The position numbers and the translations under genes were made by a program. 64,000 bases of DNA from Kofleriaceae bacterium (GTDB taxonomy: Bacteria > Myxococcota_A > Polyangia > Haliangiales > Haliangiaceae), in the NCBI GenBank assembly GCA_036499725.1, contig DASYDE010000107.1:22095-86094 (forward strand). Direction: 5' to 3'. Below, piece after piece: positions 8,670 through 18,919 of the stretch (positions within the stretch are counted from its first letter, which is position 1; each line of letters starts with the position of its first letter). The notes beneath the pieces are model-generated. The model saw only the letters and a list, made by a program, of their open reading frames with translations. It was not told the DNA's origin and searched no databases.

Positions 8670-9348
8670 CGCTCTCGCGAGCAGTGAGCTGGAGCGCGCG
8701 AGCCCGACGGACGTGCTGCGCTGGGCAAGCCGCGAGGTCGGCGACACGCTGACGTTCGCGACCGGCTTCGGGGCGGAGGGTTGCGTGATCATCGATCTGA
8801 TCGCGCGCGCGAAGCTCCCGATCGATCTGTTCACCTTGGATACGGGCGTCCTGTTCCCCGAGACGTACACGCTCTGGCGGCAACTCGAAGCGAAGTACGG
8901 CGTGACGATCCGCGCGGTCCACGGGCTGACGCTCGAAGAGCAAGCGGCGAAGTACGGTGCAGCGCTGTGGGAGCGCGATCCAGACAAGTGCTGCGAGCTA
9001 CGCAAAGTCCAGCCGCTGCGCGAGGCGCTCGTGGGACGCAAAGGTTGGATCTCGGCGATCCGTCGCGACCAGACCGCCGAGCGTGCGAACGCGCAGATCG
9101 TCGAGCACGACGCGAAGTTCGGCATCGTGAAGGTCAACCCGCTCGTCGCGTGGACGCATGACGATGTCTGGGCACACATCTACGCGAACGATGTTCCGAC
9201 GAATCCGCTGCACGAGCAGGGCTATCCATCGATCGGCTGCGCGCCGTGCACGTCGCCGGTGAAGCTCGGTGAAGACGCGCGCGCGGGACGCTGGCGTGGC
9301 AGCAAGAAGAACGAGTGCGGCCTGCACGTGAAAGAGGAGCGCACGTGA
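8659..9348 (+). CDS. cysH: adenylyl-sulfate (APS) reductase, thioredoxin-dependent, Fe-S type
   Basis: 229 aa of the PAPS/APS-reductase family with C-terminal ECGLH. The CC (DKCCELRK) plus CxxC (SIGCAPCT) cysteines are diagnostic of the Fe-S cluster-containing APS-reducing subgroup. Confidence 0.9.
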   Translation: MTDVALASSELERASPTDVLRWASREVGDTLTFATGFGAEGCVIIDLIARAKLPIDLFTLDTGVLFPETYTLWRQLEAKYGVTIRAVHGLTLEEQAAKYGAALWERDPDKCCELRKVQPLREALVGRKGWISAIRRDQTAERANAQIVEHDAKFGIVKVNPLVAWTHDDVWAHIYANDVPTNPLHEQGYPSIGCAPCTSPVKLGEDARAGRWRGSKKNECGLHVKEERT

Positions 9349-9968
9349 GCGCGGGTTGCGCGTCGTGCGGAGAGCCCGCTGCGGCGGGATTCATCGTGTG
9401 GTTCACGGGCCTCTCGGGCGCCGGCAAGTCGACGCTCGCAAACGCGCTCGCACTCGCGCTGAAGGCCGAACGGAAGATCGAGATCCTCGACGGTGACGAG
9501 GTCCGTACGCATCTCTCTGCCGGCCTGACGTTCTCGCGCGAGGATCGCGGCACGAACGTTCATCGCATCGCGTTCGTCGCGCGCTTGCTCGCTTCGCATG
9601 GCGTGGGCGTCGTCACCGCCGCGATCTCTCCGTACCGCGACACGCGCGCCGCGGTGCGTGCCCTCGCCGGGGAGAAGCGCATCGCGTTCATCGAGGTGTT
9701 CGCGAACGCGAGTATCGATGCGCTGGTCGCCCGCGATCCCAAGGGCCTCTACAAGAAGGCGCTCGCCGGAGAGATCGCGCACTTCACGGGCGTGAGCGAT
9801 CCGTACGAAGCACCGACGGCACCCGAGATCGAGGTGCATACCGACCGCGAATCCATCGAGGAGTCCGTCGCGACGATCCTCAGCACCCTTCGCGTTCGCG
9901 GCCTTCTGCCGGCCACTCCGCATCCGCACGCCACTGCCCCCTCACCCTCTGCAGGAGCTCCCTCGTGA
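9345..9968 (+). CDS. cysC: adenylylsulfate (APS) kinase
   Basis: P-loop [18 protein letters not shown] and LDGDEVR motifs. Start set at the in-frame GTG 9345, which forms a GTGA overlap with the cysH stop. The track start is 9315. Confidence 0.9.
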   Translation: MSAGCASCGEPAAAGFIVWFTGLSGAGKSTLANALALALKAERKIEILDGDEVRTHLSAGLTFSREDRGTNVHRIAFVARLLASHGVGVVTAAISPYRDTRAAVRALAGEKRIAFIEVFANASIDALVARDPKGLYKKALAGEIAHFTGVSDPYEAPTAPEIEVHTDRESIEESVATILSTLRVRGLLPATPHPHATAPSPSAGAPS

Positions 9969-10576
9969 CCACTCCGCTCTATCCCGTGTTCCTGAAGCTC
10001 GACGGCCTCTCGGTCGTCGTCGTCGGTGGCGGCGAGGTCGCAGCGAGCAAGCTCGACGGACTGGTCGCGACGGGCGCGAAGATCACGGTCGTCTCCCCGA
10101 CCATCCATGTCGCGATTCGCGCGCGGGCAAACCTCACGCTCGTCGAGCGCGAGTTTCAACCGACGGATCTCGACGGTGCGCGCTGGGTCGTCGCAGCGGC
10201 AACACCCGCGGTGAACCTACAAGTCTCGGCAGCCGCGGATGCGCGCCGCTTGTTCGTGAACGCCGTCGATGATGTGTCCTCGGCGAGCGCGTACCTCGGT
10301 GGTGTCATTCGACGCGGCGATGTGACGGTCGCGATCTCGACGGGTGGACGCGCCCCGGGCCTCGCGGGCCTGTTGCGCGAAGGACTCGAGCGAATCCTCC
10401 CCGATCTCCAGAGCTGGGTCGAGCTCGCCGCGACGCTGCGCACGGAGCACAAGCGCGACAAGGTCCCGATGGCGGAGCGTCGACCTCTGCTGCTGCGCGC
10501 GCTCGTCGAGCTGTACGCGGAGCGCTTCGATCGCGAGTCGGTTCGCGAGACGACGTGGGAAGGAGCGGTCTCGTGA
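9965..10576 (+). CDS. precorrin-2 dehydrogenase / sirohydrochlorin ferrochelatase (siroheme synthase N-terminal-domain type)
   Basis: 203 aa with a Rossmann motif [14 protein letters not shown] at the N-terminus, as in CysG-N/SirC/Met8. GTGA overlap with the cysC stop. Confidence 0.75.
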   Translation: MTTPLYPVFLKLDGLSVVVVGGGEVAASKLDGLVATGAKITVVSPTIHVAIRARANLTLVEREFQPTDLDGARWVVAAATPAVNLQVSAAADARRLFVNAVDDVSSASAYLGGVIRRGDVTVAISTGGRAPGLAGLLREGLERILPDLQSWVELAATLRTEHKRDKVPMAERRPLLLRALVELYAERFDRESVRETTWEGAVS

Positions 10577-11328
10577 GTGGCTTTGTCTCTCTCGTCGGCG
10601 CGGGCCCCGGAGATCCGGAGCTCCTGGCCGTGCGCGCGCTCGATCGCCTCCAGCGCGCGGACCTCGTGCTCGTCGACGCACTCGTGCCGGATGCCGTGCT
10701 CGCACTCGCGACCAAGGCGAAGCGCTTCTACGTCGGTAAGCGCGCGGGTCGGCACTCGATCGATCAAGAAGGCATTCACAAGCTGCTCATCCTCGGCGCG
10801 CGCCGTGGCCAGCGCGTGGTGCGCCTCAAGTGCGGCGATCCGTTTGTCTTTGGACGCGGCGGCGAGGAAGCGCTCGCGCTCGAAGAGGCAGGCGTCGCGT
10901 ACGAGGTCGTGCCCGGCATCAGCTCCGCGCTCGCGGCCCCTGCCCTCGCCGGCATCCCGGTCACGCACCGCTCCGTCTCGACGGGCGTGGCAGTTCTGTC
11001 GGGACACGCGCCGGCCGCCTACGAACCGATCCTCGCCGGCATCGCGCCGAATGCGATCACGCTCGTCGTGTTGATGGGCGTCCGCACGCGCGCGGCGATC
11101 GCGGCCTTCCTCATCGAGCGCGGCTGGCCCGCGACCACGCCGGCTGCGCTCGTCGCGAACGCGAGCCACCCCGACGCCGCCACGTGGCGCGGCTCGCTCT
11201 CGAACCTGGGCAACTCCGTCATCACGTCGAATTCACCGGCCGTCCTGGTCATCGGCGATGTCGTGTCGCTCGCAGATCAAATCCACTCGGGTGCGTTCGC
11301 GCCCTCTCTCGAGGAGAAGTCGCTATGA
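10573..11328 (+). CDS. cobA: uroporphyrinogen-III C-methyltransferase
   Basis: Tetrapyrrole methylase motifs VSLVGAGPGDPELL and VVRLKCGDPFVFGRGGEE. Start set at GTG 10573 (GTGA overlap); the track start is 10555. Confidence 0.9.
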   Translation: MSGFVSLVGAGPGDPELLAVRALDRLQRADLVLVDALVPDAVLALATKAKRFYVGKRAGRHSIDQEGIHKLLILGARRGQRVVRLKCGDPFVFGRGGEEALALEEAGVAYEVVPGISSALAAPALAGIPVTHRSVSTGVAVLSGHAPAAYEPILAGIAPNAITLVVLMGVRTRAAIAAFLIERGWPATTPAALVANASHPDAATWRGSLSNLGNSVITSNSPAVLVIGDVVSLADQIHSGAFAPSLEEKSL

Positions 11329-11646
11329 CTAGTGCCCTTGGGCGCTGGTCTTGATGTACGGCCGCGTCGCGTTGAACACGATGCCGAACAGGCCCGCGGC
11401 GGCGAGGATCACGCCCGCGACCATCTGCCCTGAAAACGGCGGCTTGTAGGCGCAGCGGGGCGTGCCCATCATGTCCATGCAAGGCTCGTCCTTGCTCGTC
11501 ACGTCGGCAGCGATGATGCCGCCACCGCCGAGGATGAGCACGGTGTCGCCGACGTACGACCAGCGCTTCGCCGACTTGTTGTAGCCGAAGCAGCCCGTCG
11601 CGAGCGTGATCATGACGACCAGCGCTGTCAGCCTGGAGGTGCCCAT
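11329..11646 (-). CDS. small lipoprotein (hypothetical, 105 aa)
   Basis: The C-terminal part of the 255-aa track ORF starts at ATG 11646 with lipobox MGTSRLTALVVMITLATGC and has a C-terminal hydrophobic segment. The upstream extension is Arg/Asp-rich shadow sequence. Confidence 0.55.
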   Translation of the reverse strand: MGTSRLTALVVMITLATGCFGYNKSAKRWSYVGDTVLILGGGGIIAADVTSKDEPCMDMMGTPRCAYKPPFSGQMVAGVILAAAGLFGIVFNATRPYIKTSAQGH

Positions 11647-11658
11647 CCCTGCTAGCGA

Positions 11659-13032
11659 GTGTACGGCATGTCGCAGCCGAAAGGCCGGCGGCGGGATTCC
11701 CGATCGCGCCTGAACGCGGGATCCTTCCCGGGCGTGAGTCGTCCGCGGTCCCCCCTGCTGCCGATCTTCCTCATCGTCTTCGTGGACGTGATGGGGTTCA
11801 CGATCGTCATCCCGCTCCTCGCGATCTACGCGGAGAAGTTCGGGGCCTCGCCGCTCGTCGCGACGCTGATCGTCAGCTGCTACGCGGTCGCCTCCCTGAT
11901 CTCGACGCCGATCATCGGACGCCTCTCTGACCTCCACGGCAGAAAGCCGCTCCTCCTCCTCTCCCAGGCGGGCACCTGCGCGGCCTTCTTCATGCTCGCG
12001 AACTCGACCGCACTCTGGATGGTGTTCGTCGGTCGCATCATCGACGGCCTCACGGCCGGCAACCTGTCGATCGCGCAGGCCTACATCTCCGACCACACCG
12101 CGCCCGCGGACCGCGCCAAGTCATTCGCCGTCATCGGTATCGCGTTTGGCTTTGGCTTCATGTTCGGCCCCGCGCTCGGTGGCTGGCTCGGCCAGTACGG
12201 GCTCCACCTGCCGTTCCTCGTCGCGACGGGGATGTCCGCGCTCTCGATCCTGTGCACGTACACCCTGCTTCCCAAGGCAGAGCGGCCCACCGCCGCGCCC
12301 GACACCGCCGCTGGCCCCGCGGGGCGTCGCGCTGGCGCGTTCGACATCAGCACCTACTCCGAGTACTTCCGCCGCCCGGCGCTGCGCTCGCTCTACCTCC
12401 AGTTCTTCCTGTTCTCCTTCGCGTTCTCGTCATTCGTGTCGGGCTTCGCGCTCTACGCCGAGCGTCGGTTCTTCTTCTGGAAGGACGGCGTTCACCACGC
12501 CTGGGGCGTTCACGAGGTCGGCCTCCTGTTCGCGTACTCCGGCTTTCTGGGCGTGATCTGGCAGGGCGGCGTGATCGGCCGACTGGTGAAGAAGTACGGC
12601 GAAGCGAGGCTCACCATCGTCGCGTTCATCGCGTCGATCGCGGGCTACGGCCTCATCGCCTTCGTCCCCGGCGACAAGCTGCTTCCGATCGGCCTCGTCA
12701 CGATCGTCACCTCGTTCGGCTCTGGCCTCATCCGCCCCGTCATCACGGCGCGCATCACGCACGTCGTCGGCAAAGAGGAGCAAGGCGTCGCGCTCGGCAT
12801 CTCCAGCTCGCTGTCCTCCCTCGCGATGATGCTGGCTCCGCCGACGGGCGGTGTGCTGCTCACGTTGGGACTCTTGCACGCATGGCCCTTCGTGCCCGCA
12901 GGTGTGTCAGCGATCGCTCTCGTCGTCGGTCTCGCGACGTGGAAGCGCCTCGCGCAGTACGAACCGGAGCGCCCCGCACCGTTGCCTGAAGCTCGCGTGG
13001 TGGCAGCTCCCGCCGATTCGCCGCCGGAATGA
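11659..13032 (+). CDS. MFS transporter
   Basis: About 12 hydrophobic segments. MFS motif A (GRLSDLHGRKPLLL) lies between TM2 and TM3. Start uncertain: ATG 11668 or GTG 11734 are alternatives, given the divergent gene only 12 nt away. Confidence 0.85.
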   Translation: MYGMSQPKGRRRDSRSRLNAGSFPGVSRPRSPLLPIFLIVFVDVMGFTIVIPLLAIYAEKFGASPLVATLIVSCYAVASLISTPIIGRLSDLHGRKPLLLLSQAGTCAAFFMLANSTALWMVFVGRIIDGLTAGNLSIAQAYISDHTAPADRAKSFAVIGIAFGFGFMFGPALGGWLGQYGLHLPFLVATGMSALSILCTYTLLPKAERPTAAPDTAAGPAGRRAGAFDISTYSEYFRRPALRSLYLQFFLFSFAFSSFVSGFALYAERRFFFWKDGVHHAWGVHEVGLLFAYSGFLGVIWQGGVIGRLVKKYGEARLTIVAFIASIAGYGLIAFVPGDKLLPIGLVTIVTSFGSGLIRPVITARITHVVGKEEQGVALGISSSLSSLAMMLAPPTGGVLLTLGLLHAWPFVPAGVSAIALVVGLATWKRLAQYEPERPAPLPEARVVAAPADSPPE

Positions 13033-13694
13033 AGCTCGCGTCGCTGTTCACGCCGCCGACGTTCAAGCGCGTTTCGTTGGCGCGGGAGATGGATGCCGTT
13101 CGCAGTGGCAAGAAGCCGCTCGCGTTCTACACCTCGGATCGAGCATCCCTCGAGGACGGCTCGGATCTCATCGACACGATGAAGGCCGCGTTCGATCGCG
13201 AGCTCTCGATCGCTCTTCTCCCGCAGCACGGCGACGCGACCAGCGTGATCATCTTTCGCGCAGAACAGAGTCGACGCGTCGGCGCGTTCCACTCGTTCAT
13301 CGTCGAGAAGCGAAAAACGGGATGGACGTTCACGGCAGAGAATCAGATGTCTCGCTTGCTCGGGTACTCCAAGGTCCACCGCGCGGAATGGATGAGGCGA
13401 GAGCGAGCGAGCCACATCGGCTACGGGATGGTCACCGTCTACGCCATCGCGACGGTCGGGTTCGACCACCTCTTCACAGGCACGGGCGCCGTCTATCCAC
13501 GTGCACGCGCCAGGCTGCCTCGCGGTGCGAAGCTGCTGCGGTTCGGCATTGATTCGCAGACGCACGCGAAGCTGTTCAAGCGAGGACGCGCCGTCGAAGT
13601 CGAGCTCACGAAGTCTCGACGGAAAGTATTCATCGACGGAACGCTCGCGGGTCCCGAGGTTCTCGGCCCGCGCGGCTGGTCTGCGGTGCGGTGA
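13029..13694 (+). CDS. hypothetical protein
   Basis: 221 aa with balanced composition. ATGA overlap with the MFS stop. No family recognised. Confidence 0.6.
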   Translation: MKLASLFTPPTFKRVSLAREMDAVRSGKKPLAFYTSDRASLEDGSDLIDTMKAAFDRELSIALLPQHGDATSVIIFRAEQSRRVGAFHSFIVEKRKTGWTFTAENQMSRLLGYSKVHRAEWMRRERASHIGYGMVTVYAIATVGFDHLFTGTGAVYPRARARLPRGAKLLRFGIDSQTHAKLFKRGRAVEVELTKSRRKVFIDGTLAGPEVLGPRGWSAVR

Positions 13695-13707
13695 CGCGCG
13701 AGCAACT

Positions 13708-14694
13708 CTACCGCGCGCAGCGTAAGCCGATGTCGTAAAACACGTAGTCCGTCGGGCTCTGGTTCCGATACGCCGCGCGCTCGATGTCCTCGGTGTTGCC
13801 TGCACCGCCGCCGTGAAACTCGCGGAAGTCGGAGAGCGTGCCGACCGGTGCGCAGTCGTCGCACGGCACGTCGTACGGATCGAACCGGTCGTAGACCCAC
13901 TCCCACACGTTGCCGACCATGTCCGCGTGTCCCCACCGCCCGTTGCCATCGGGAAAGCTGCCCGGGATGGCGAAGTCCTCGTCGGAGCAGCCGGGAAGAC
14001 CGTCGCCGGTGCAGTCGCCATTCACGACGTAGCTCGCGTCCGTCGGTGTGATCTGCACGTTCGGTGACGTGGACCACGGCCACTTGCGCTGCTCGTCTCC
14101 GCCGACGGCCGCGTAGTTCCACTCTGCTTCGGTGGGTAAGCGACCGCCGTCCCAGATGCAGAACGCGAACGCGACGGGCCAGGTGACGCAGTCCATCGGG
14201 CGCACGTCGAACGCGCCGGGCGTGGGTTCCCACATTCCGTTGGGACAATCGATCTGCGCTCGCAGCGCGGCGGTGTTAGCGGGCAAGCCTGCGTCGAGGT
14301 CGGCGCGCCATCCGGTGCCTGCAGCGTAGCCTGCTCCGGCACCGACGGCGGGAGGTTGCTGCTGCGTGCCCGCGCCCGAATCTACGAACGCGCGAAAGCG
14401 AGCAACGGTGACCTCGTACGTGTCGAGCGTGAAGCCGCTCACCGTCGCTGGCCACGACATATCGGAGAACGCGTTGTCCGAACCGATGTCGTAGCTGCGA
14501 AAGAACGAGCCGCCGGGAACGGCCGCGCTCGCGCAGCACGACTGGTCGTGTTGTGGTCCGCACGTGGGCGCGACGCTCGCGCAGCGCGCACCAGCGTTGC
14601 CGTCAGGCCCTCCACCGCCGAGGCTGGCCGGTGCATCGAACGAGATGCGACCGCTTGCGCCCAGCGCCACTGCGACCACGGCCCACCGCACCAT
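13708..14694 (-). CDS. secreted FGE-sulfatase (SUMF1/formylglycine-generating-enzyme-like) domain protein
   Basis: Motifs RLPTEAEWNYAA, GNVWEWVYDRF and the C-terminal DIGLRCAR. Start re-set to ATG 14694 (MVRWAVVAVALGASG), because the track extension overlaps the next gene. Confidence 0.8.
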   Translation of the reverse strand: MVRWAVVAVALGASGRISFDAPASLGGGGPDGNAGARCASVAPTCGPQHDQSCCASAAVPGGSFFRSYDIGSDNAFSDMSWPATVSGFTLDTYEVTVARFRAFVDSGAGTQQQPPAVGAGAGYAAGTGWRADLDAGLPANTAALRAQIDCPNGMWEPTPGAFDVRPMDCVTWPVAFAFCIWDGGRLPTEAEWNYAAVGGDEQRKWPWSTSPNVQITPTDASYVVNGDCTGDGLPGCSDEDFAIPGSFPDGNGRWGHADMVGNVWEWVYDRFDPYDVPCDDCAPVGTLSDFREFHGGGAGNTEDIERAAYRNQSPTDYVFYDIGLRCAR

Positions 14695-14731
14695 CGACGC
14701 CAGTATCGCGCGGACGGCGGTCAGTCGCCAG

Positions 14732-15619
14732 TTACGGCTTGACCTCGAACTTCCACTTACCACCCTCGGTGCCGAGGCCGTCGCCGCCGCTACCGGTGGT
14801 GTAACCAAAGCGCAGCTCACCGCGCGCTTCGTAGCTGCCCTTGGGCGCCGTGCACGAGACCGACGCGGTGAGCGACGGACCGGTCGGCTTGAGCTGATCG
14901 CCCTTGAGCGACTTCGCATCGCACTTGAAGTCGGGCGGCACGGTGAGCACGTACTCCGAGGGAGACGTGGCGCTCCACTTCAACCACGGCGACAGCGCGA
15001 TCGAGATCGACAGGTTGAACTTGTCGCCCGGCTTCACGTTCGCCGGCGTCTCGCCGACGGTGACCTTGTAGGCGCGGATCGATTTCACGAGATCGTTGAT
15101 CTTCGCGTCGCGCGCATCGAGATCGGCGGGCGAGCTGCCGGTGGACACGAGCTGCACCTTGCCGTCGACGTCGACGACGATGGACGCGGGGCCGGTGAGC
15201 GCCAGCTGCTTCATGAGCTTGGTCGTGGCTGCACCGAACGCGAGCGTGCCGTGGCCAACGCCTTCGCTCTCGCGGATCGGGTCGAGCTTCTTGGCCTGCG
15301 CCTTGGAGCCGTCGATGTGCGCGACGACGTAGACGCGACCGGTCTCGCGCAGCGTGATGATGCGTGCGAGATCATCGGCGCAGGTCTTCTGCTTGGGACC
15401 GCAGAACCAGTGCACGACGACCTTGCCCGCCGCGTCGGAGTCGGACGGCACGTCGTACAGCCAATCCTTGGTTGCCCACGACTGCGTTCCCGCGAGGGGC
15501 AGCGCGTCACCGACCGCGGGAAGAGTCGCGGGCGGCAGCGGGGTCGGCTTGGCTTTGGGGGCAGCCATCGCCGTCGCAGACAGCGCGAGGAGCGTCGAGG
15601 TCAAGACTAGTCGGTTCAT
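14732..15619 (-). CDS. secreted hypothetical protein
   Basis: 295 aa. Signal peptide MNRLVLTSTLLALSATAMA|AP. Contains a Cys pair (HWFCGPKQKTC); the C-terminal half is beta-rich. Confidence 0.65.
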   Translation of the reverse strand: MNRLVLTSTLLALSATAMAAPKAKPTPLPPATLPAVGDALPLAGTQSWATKDWLYDVPSDSDAAGKVVVHWFCGPKQKTCADDLARIITLRETGRVYVVAHIDGSKAQAKKLDPIRESEGVGHGTLAFGAATTKLMKQLALTGPASIVVDVDGKVQLVSTGSSPADLDARDAKINDLVKSIRAYKVTVGETPANVKPGDKFNLSISIALSPWLKWSATSPSEYVLTVPPDFKCDAKSLKGDQLKPTGPSLTASVSCTAPKGSYEARGELRFGYTTGSGGDGLGTEGGKWKFEVKP

Positions 15620-15701
15620 AGGGGCGAGAGTACGACGACTCGGTCCCCCCTTCTATTCACACGGCCCCCGACCCACGATTAGTGGACGGTAAGGCGACGG
15701 C

Positions 15702-17657
15702 TCAACCGGCGCGGAACGAGATGACGGCCGCGATCACCGCGACGAGCGCCTCGCCCGCGATGAGCCCCGAAGCAAGCGGCACCATGTACTTGTCCGCGGT
15801 CTTCTTGCTCTTGGTCTCCCAGAGCCACCCAACGATGCCGCCGAGGAACATCGTGAACACGACGGAGAACGGCACGAGGATGCCGATGCCGATGCCCGTT
15901 GGCGACGGGATCCACTTCTTCACTTTCTTGTTGTTCTCGAGGATCGTGAAGATCACGCCGAGGACGCTGAACACCGCAAGCGCATAGAGCGCCGACGGCT
16001 GCAGCGCCTTGGTCCCCTCCTTGAGGATCTGCGCGAAGCCGGACCACTTGTTCGAGATCGCGGACGTGAGCTGCGCGTTGTCGCCGGTGATGCCGTACTT
16101 CTTCACGAGCAGCGGGTACATCCACGACACGCACGCCGCGCCGACGGGAACCGCGAGCAGCTGCATGATCGTGAGGCTGCGCGGCTTGGTATGGATGACC
16201 TCGCCGCACTTGTAGTCCTGCATGATCGCTTCCGACGACGTTGCGATGGTGCCTGTGGTTCCACTTGCGACCATATTCGCGACGACGTGACCCGGCGCGA
16301 TGGCCGCGAACACGCCCTGCATCATGTTCGACAGCGCGCTGATCGGTCCCCAGTTGGTCTCGCCGAGGACGCGCAGTCCGACGAGCATGAGAGGCAGCGA
16401 CAGGACGATCGCGATGATCGTCATCCATACCGGCATGTCGAGAACGACGGCCTGCACGATGCAAAGCGCGACGGCCGACGCGACGACGCCGGCAATCACG
16501 ACGCGTAGCGGCAGCTCCGTGGAGCCGATCTTCGCATTGCGGAGGCTCTGGAACGTCTGGACGAGGATGCGCCAGCGCAGCGCGAGCGCGGTGAGGCCGC
16601 CCGCGACGAGCATGCCGGTCGCCGGCCACATCACCCAGAACAGGACGTTCGTGCGCGTCGGCGTATCGGTCACGACGGCCCGACGAACCTCCTCGCCGTG
16701 CTCGATCACTTTCTTCACGCCGATCGGCACCTGGTACTTCGTCAGGAAGTACGGCGCGACGACCCACGCGAGGAACGCGCCCGAGACCATCGAGATGTTC
16801 ACGCGGAGACCGACGAGCATGCCGCTACCGATGCTGAGCACCGAGTACTGCACGCCGACCGCAAGGTGTGTCAGGTAGACGCCCGTCATCACGATCGCGC
16901 CGTCGCGGAAGGCCCAGCTGTGCAGCAACACCCAGTTCTCGGGCTCCCACCCCTCGGGCATGAAGGACGTCGGCAACTTCGCATCGGAACGCAGCGCCAT
17001 CAGCACCGCGGAGACAACAACGCCGATCATGACGGCCTTGAACGCGCGCGTCGCGTTGGTCTTCACTTCCTCGCTAGCGTCGTGCGGCGGATCCATGACG
17101 GTGATCGTCTCCGCCGTCGACAGGCCGTCGACGTATGGCAGCTTCTCGTCGACGATGAAGTGACGACGCAGCGGAACCGCGAGCAGAACGCCGAGGGTGC
17201 ACGCAGTGGTCAGCCAGAGGAACGACTGCCACGGCTCGAGCACGATGCCGAACTTGCCGCCCGTGTTGTAGCGAAGGATGTCGAACGCGCCGAGGAGCAC
17301 GCACATGAACGCGGTCTGCGCTGCGCTGGTACCAGCTGCTTCGGCGAGGTTGTTCTGCCAGCGGTTGTAGGCGCGCTGACCGAAGATGATGTCGAACAGC
17401 TTGAGGAACAAGAAGCCGAAGAACGCGGCGACGACGGAGACGTTGGGACCAAAGCCGAGCTTCAGCACCATGTACGGATACGAGATGCCCATCAGCACCG
17501 CGACGAACAGGCCGGCGACGAGCACCTGCCACGTGATGTCGCCGCGCAGCTCGGGGTCCGGAGCGGATGTCGCCGCTGTCAGATCCGACCCCACCTTCGT
17601 CGCCGTTGCTTCGGGAAGGTCTAGATCCGGTTCCTCGTGGCTCACGAGCGGAGACAT
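15702..17657 (-). CDS. OPT-family oligopeptide transporter
   Basis: Large polytopic protein with OPT-like N-terminal block GISYPYMVLKLGFGPNVSVVAAFFGF and many TM segments. Start set at ATG 17657 (MSPLVSHEE); the track start is 17762. Confidence 0.8.
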   Translation of the reverse strand: MSPLVSHEEPDLDLPEATATKVGSDLTAATSAPDPELRGDITWQVLVAGLFVAVLMGISYPYMVLKLGFGPNVSVVAAFFGFLFLKLFDIIFGQRAYNRWQNNLAEAAGTSAAQTAFMCVLLGAFDILRYNTGGKFGIVLEPWQSFLWLTTACTLGVLLAVPLRRHFIVDEKLPYVDGLSTAETITVMDPPHDASEEVKTNATRAFKAVMIGVVVSAVLMALRSDAKLPTSFMPEGWEPENWVLLHSWAFRDGAIVMTGVYLTHLAVGVQYSVLSIGSGMLVGLRVNISMVSGAFLAWVVAPYFLTKYQVPIGVKKVIEHGEEVRRAVVTDTPTRTNVLFWVMWPATGMLVAGGLTALALRWRILVQTFQSLRNAKIGSTELPLRVVIAGVVASAVALCIVQAVVLDMPVWMTIIAIVLSLPLMLVGLRVLGETNWGPISALSNMMQGVFAAIAPGHVVANMVASGTTGTIATSSEAIMQDYKCGEVIHTKPRSLTIMQLLAVPVGAACVSWMYPLLVKKYGITGDNAQLTSAISNKWSGFAQILKEGTKALQPSALYALAVFSVLGVIFTILENNKKVKKWIPSPTGIGIGILVPFSVVFTMFLGGIVGWLWETKSKKTADKYMVPLASGLIAGEALVAVIAAVISFRAG

Positions 17658-17677
17658 AACACGTGTAAAGTCGCTCC

Positions 17678-18916
17678 ATGACCGTGCAACTGCAGTTGGG
17701 GAACGCGCAGTACAAGCTCGAGGAACATGGGCGTGTGTTTGCGGGGCGCGACCCTGCGGCATGCCAGCTCGCGTTTGGTGATGCGACCCTGTCGCGCCGC
17801 CACGCCGAGATCTTCGTCGAGAATGGGCAGACCTTCATCCGTGACCTGGGCTCGGCCAACGGCACCTGGGTCGACGGTCAGCACCTGGGACACGAGGTCG
17901 TCCAGCTCCACGCCGGCCAGCAAATCTGGCTCGGGCACGTCCAGCTCGGCCTCGGCTTCGTGTCCAACGGAAGCGCGACCGTGATGGCCGTCGACGTGCC
18001 GGCCGAGCTCAAGGCGCTCATCGCGGCGCGTCAACAGCAGGTCGCGCAGGTCCAGCAGACGGGTGCAGCCATGCCCGTCGCGACGTATACGGCGCCTGCC
18101 TCTCAATCGATGGCCGCCGGGACACCGGTGCCGTCGCAGTCGCAGGCCCTTCCGTCCGCCTCGCAGTCCATGCAGGCCGGCGGCGCCCTGCCCCCGTTGC
18201 CCACGACGCTCGCGTATCGCAAGCAAGGCTCGAACAGCAACGGCGTGCTCCTCCTCGCGCTCCCGCAGGACACGTTCTTCAACGGTCAGGAGATCGAGGG
18301 CTTCGTCGAGTTCACGTGCACCGACAGCGAGACCATCGCGTCGATCTTCGTCGAGCTGATCGAGCTCAAGCGCGGCGGCCCCGTCGAGGGTCACGCGTGG
18401 GACCGCTTCATGGTCCGCCAGGGTCCGTGGAAGGCCAAGGACGGCGACGTGCTACCGCTGCCGTTCAAGCTGCGCGTTCCACCGGGCACACCCATGTCGA
18501 GCCCCGACATCTACTGGGAGATTCGCGGCTACGTCGACATCGCGTGGGCGTCCGACATCGACACGAAGATCGGCATCACCATGCGCAACCAGGACATCGA
18601 GCGCATCCGCGACGCGCTCGGATCCCTGGACTACCGCCTCGGCGACATGAAGTCCGTGTCGCGCGGCCAGCGCTTCGAGGCGGAGTTCTTCCCGCCGGCG
18701 AACCTCGCAAAGCAGTGGGGCGTCAACGAGATCGAGATCGCCGTCGAGTACCTCGGCACCAACATCAAGGTGCACATGAAGATCGACCGCAAGGGTCTGC
18801 ACCGCGATCCGCAGGTCGATCAGGTGTTCGACATCGCGCGCCTCCGCTCTGCATCACAGGGCGAGATCAACGCGACGATCAAGCAGATGATCGACGGGCT
18901 GTTGCCGAAGCCCTAG
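17678..18916 (+). CDS. FHA-domain protein with C-terminal Spo0M/arrestin-like domain
   Basis: N-terminal FHA motif GRDPAACQLAFGDATLSRRHAEIF...IRDLGSANGTWVDG, then a Pro/Gln/Ala linker. The C-terminus resembles Spo0M-type arrestin folds (GQEIEGFVEF, LPFKLRVPPGTPMS, IRGYVDIAWASDIDTK). Confidence 0.8.
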   Translation: MTVQLQLGNAQYKLEEHGRVFAGRDPAACQLAFGDATLSRRHAEIFVENGQTFIRDLGSANGTWVDGQHLGHEVVQLHAGQQIWLGHVQLGLGFVSNGSATVMAVDVPAELKALIAARQQQVAQVQQTGAAMPVATYTAPASQSMAAGTPVPSQSQALPSASQSMQAGGALPPLPTTLAYRKQGSNSNGVLLLALPQDTFFNGQEIEGFVEFTCTDSETIASIFVELIELKRGGPVEGHAWDRFMVRQGPWKAKDGDVLPLPFKLRVPPGTPMSSPDIYWEIRGYVDIAWASDIDTKIGITMRNQDIERIRDALGSLDYRLGDMKSVSRGQRFEAEFFPPANLAKQWGVNEIEIAVEYLGTNIKVHMKIDRKGLHRDPQVDQVFDIARLRSASQGEINATIKQMIDGLLPKP

Positions 18917-18919
18917 AGG

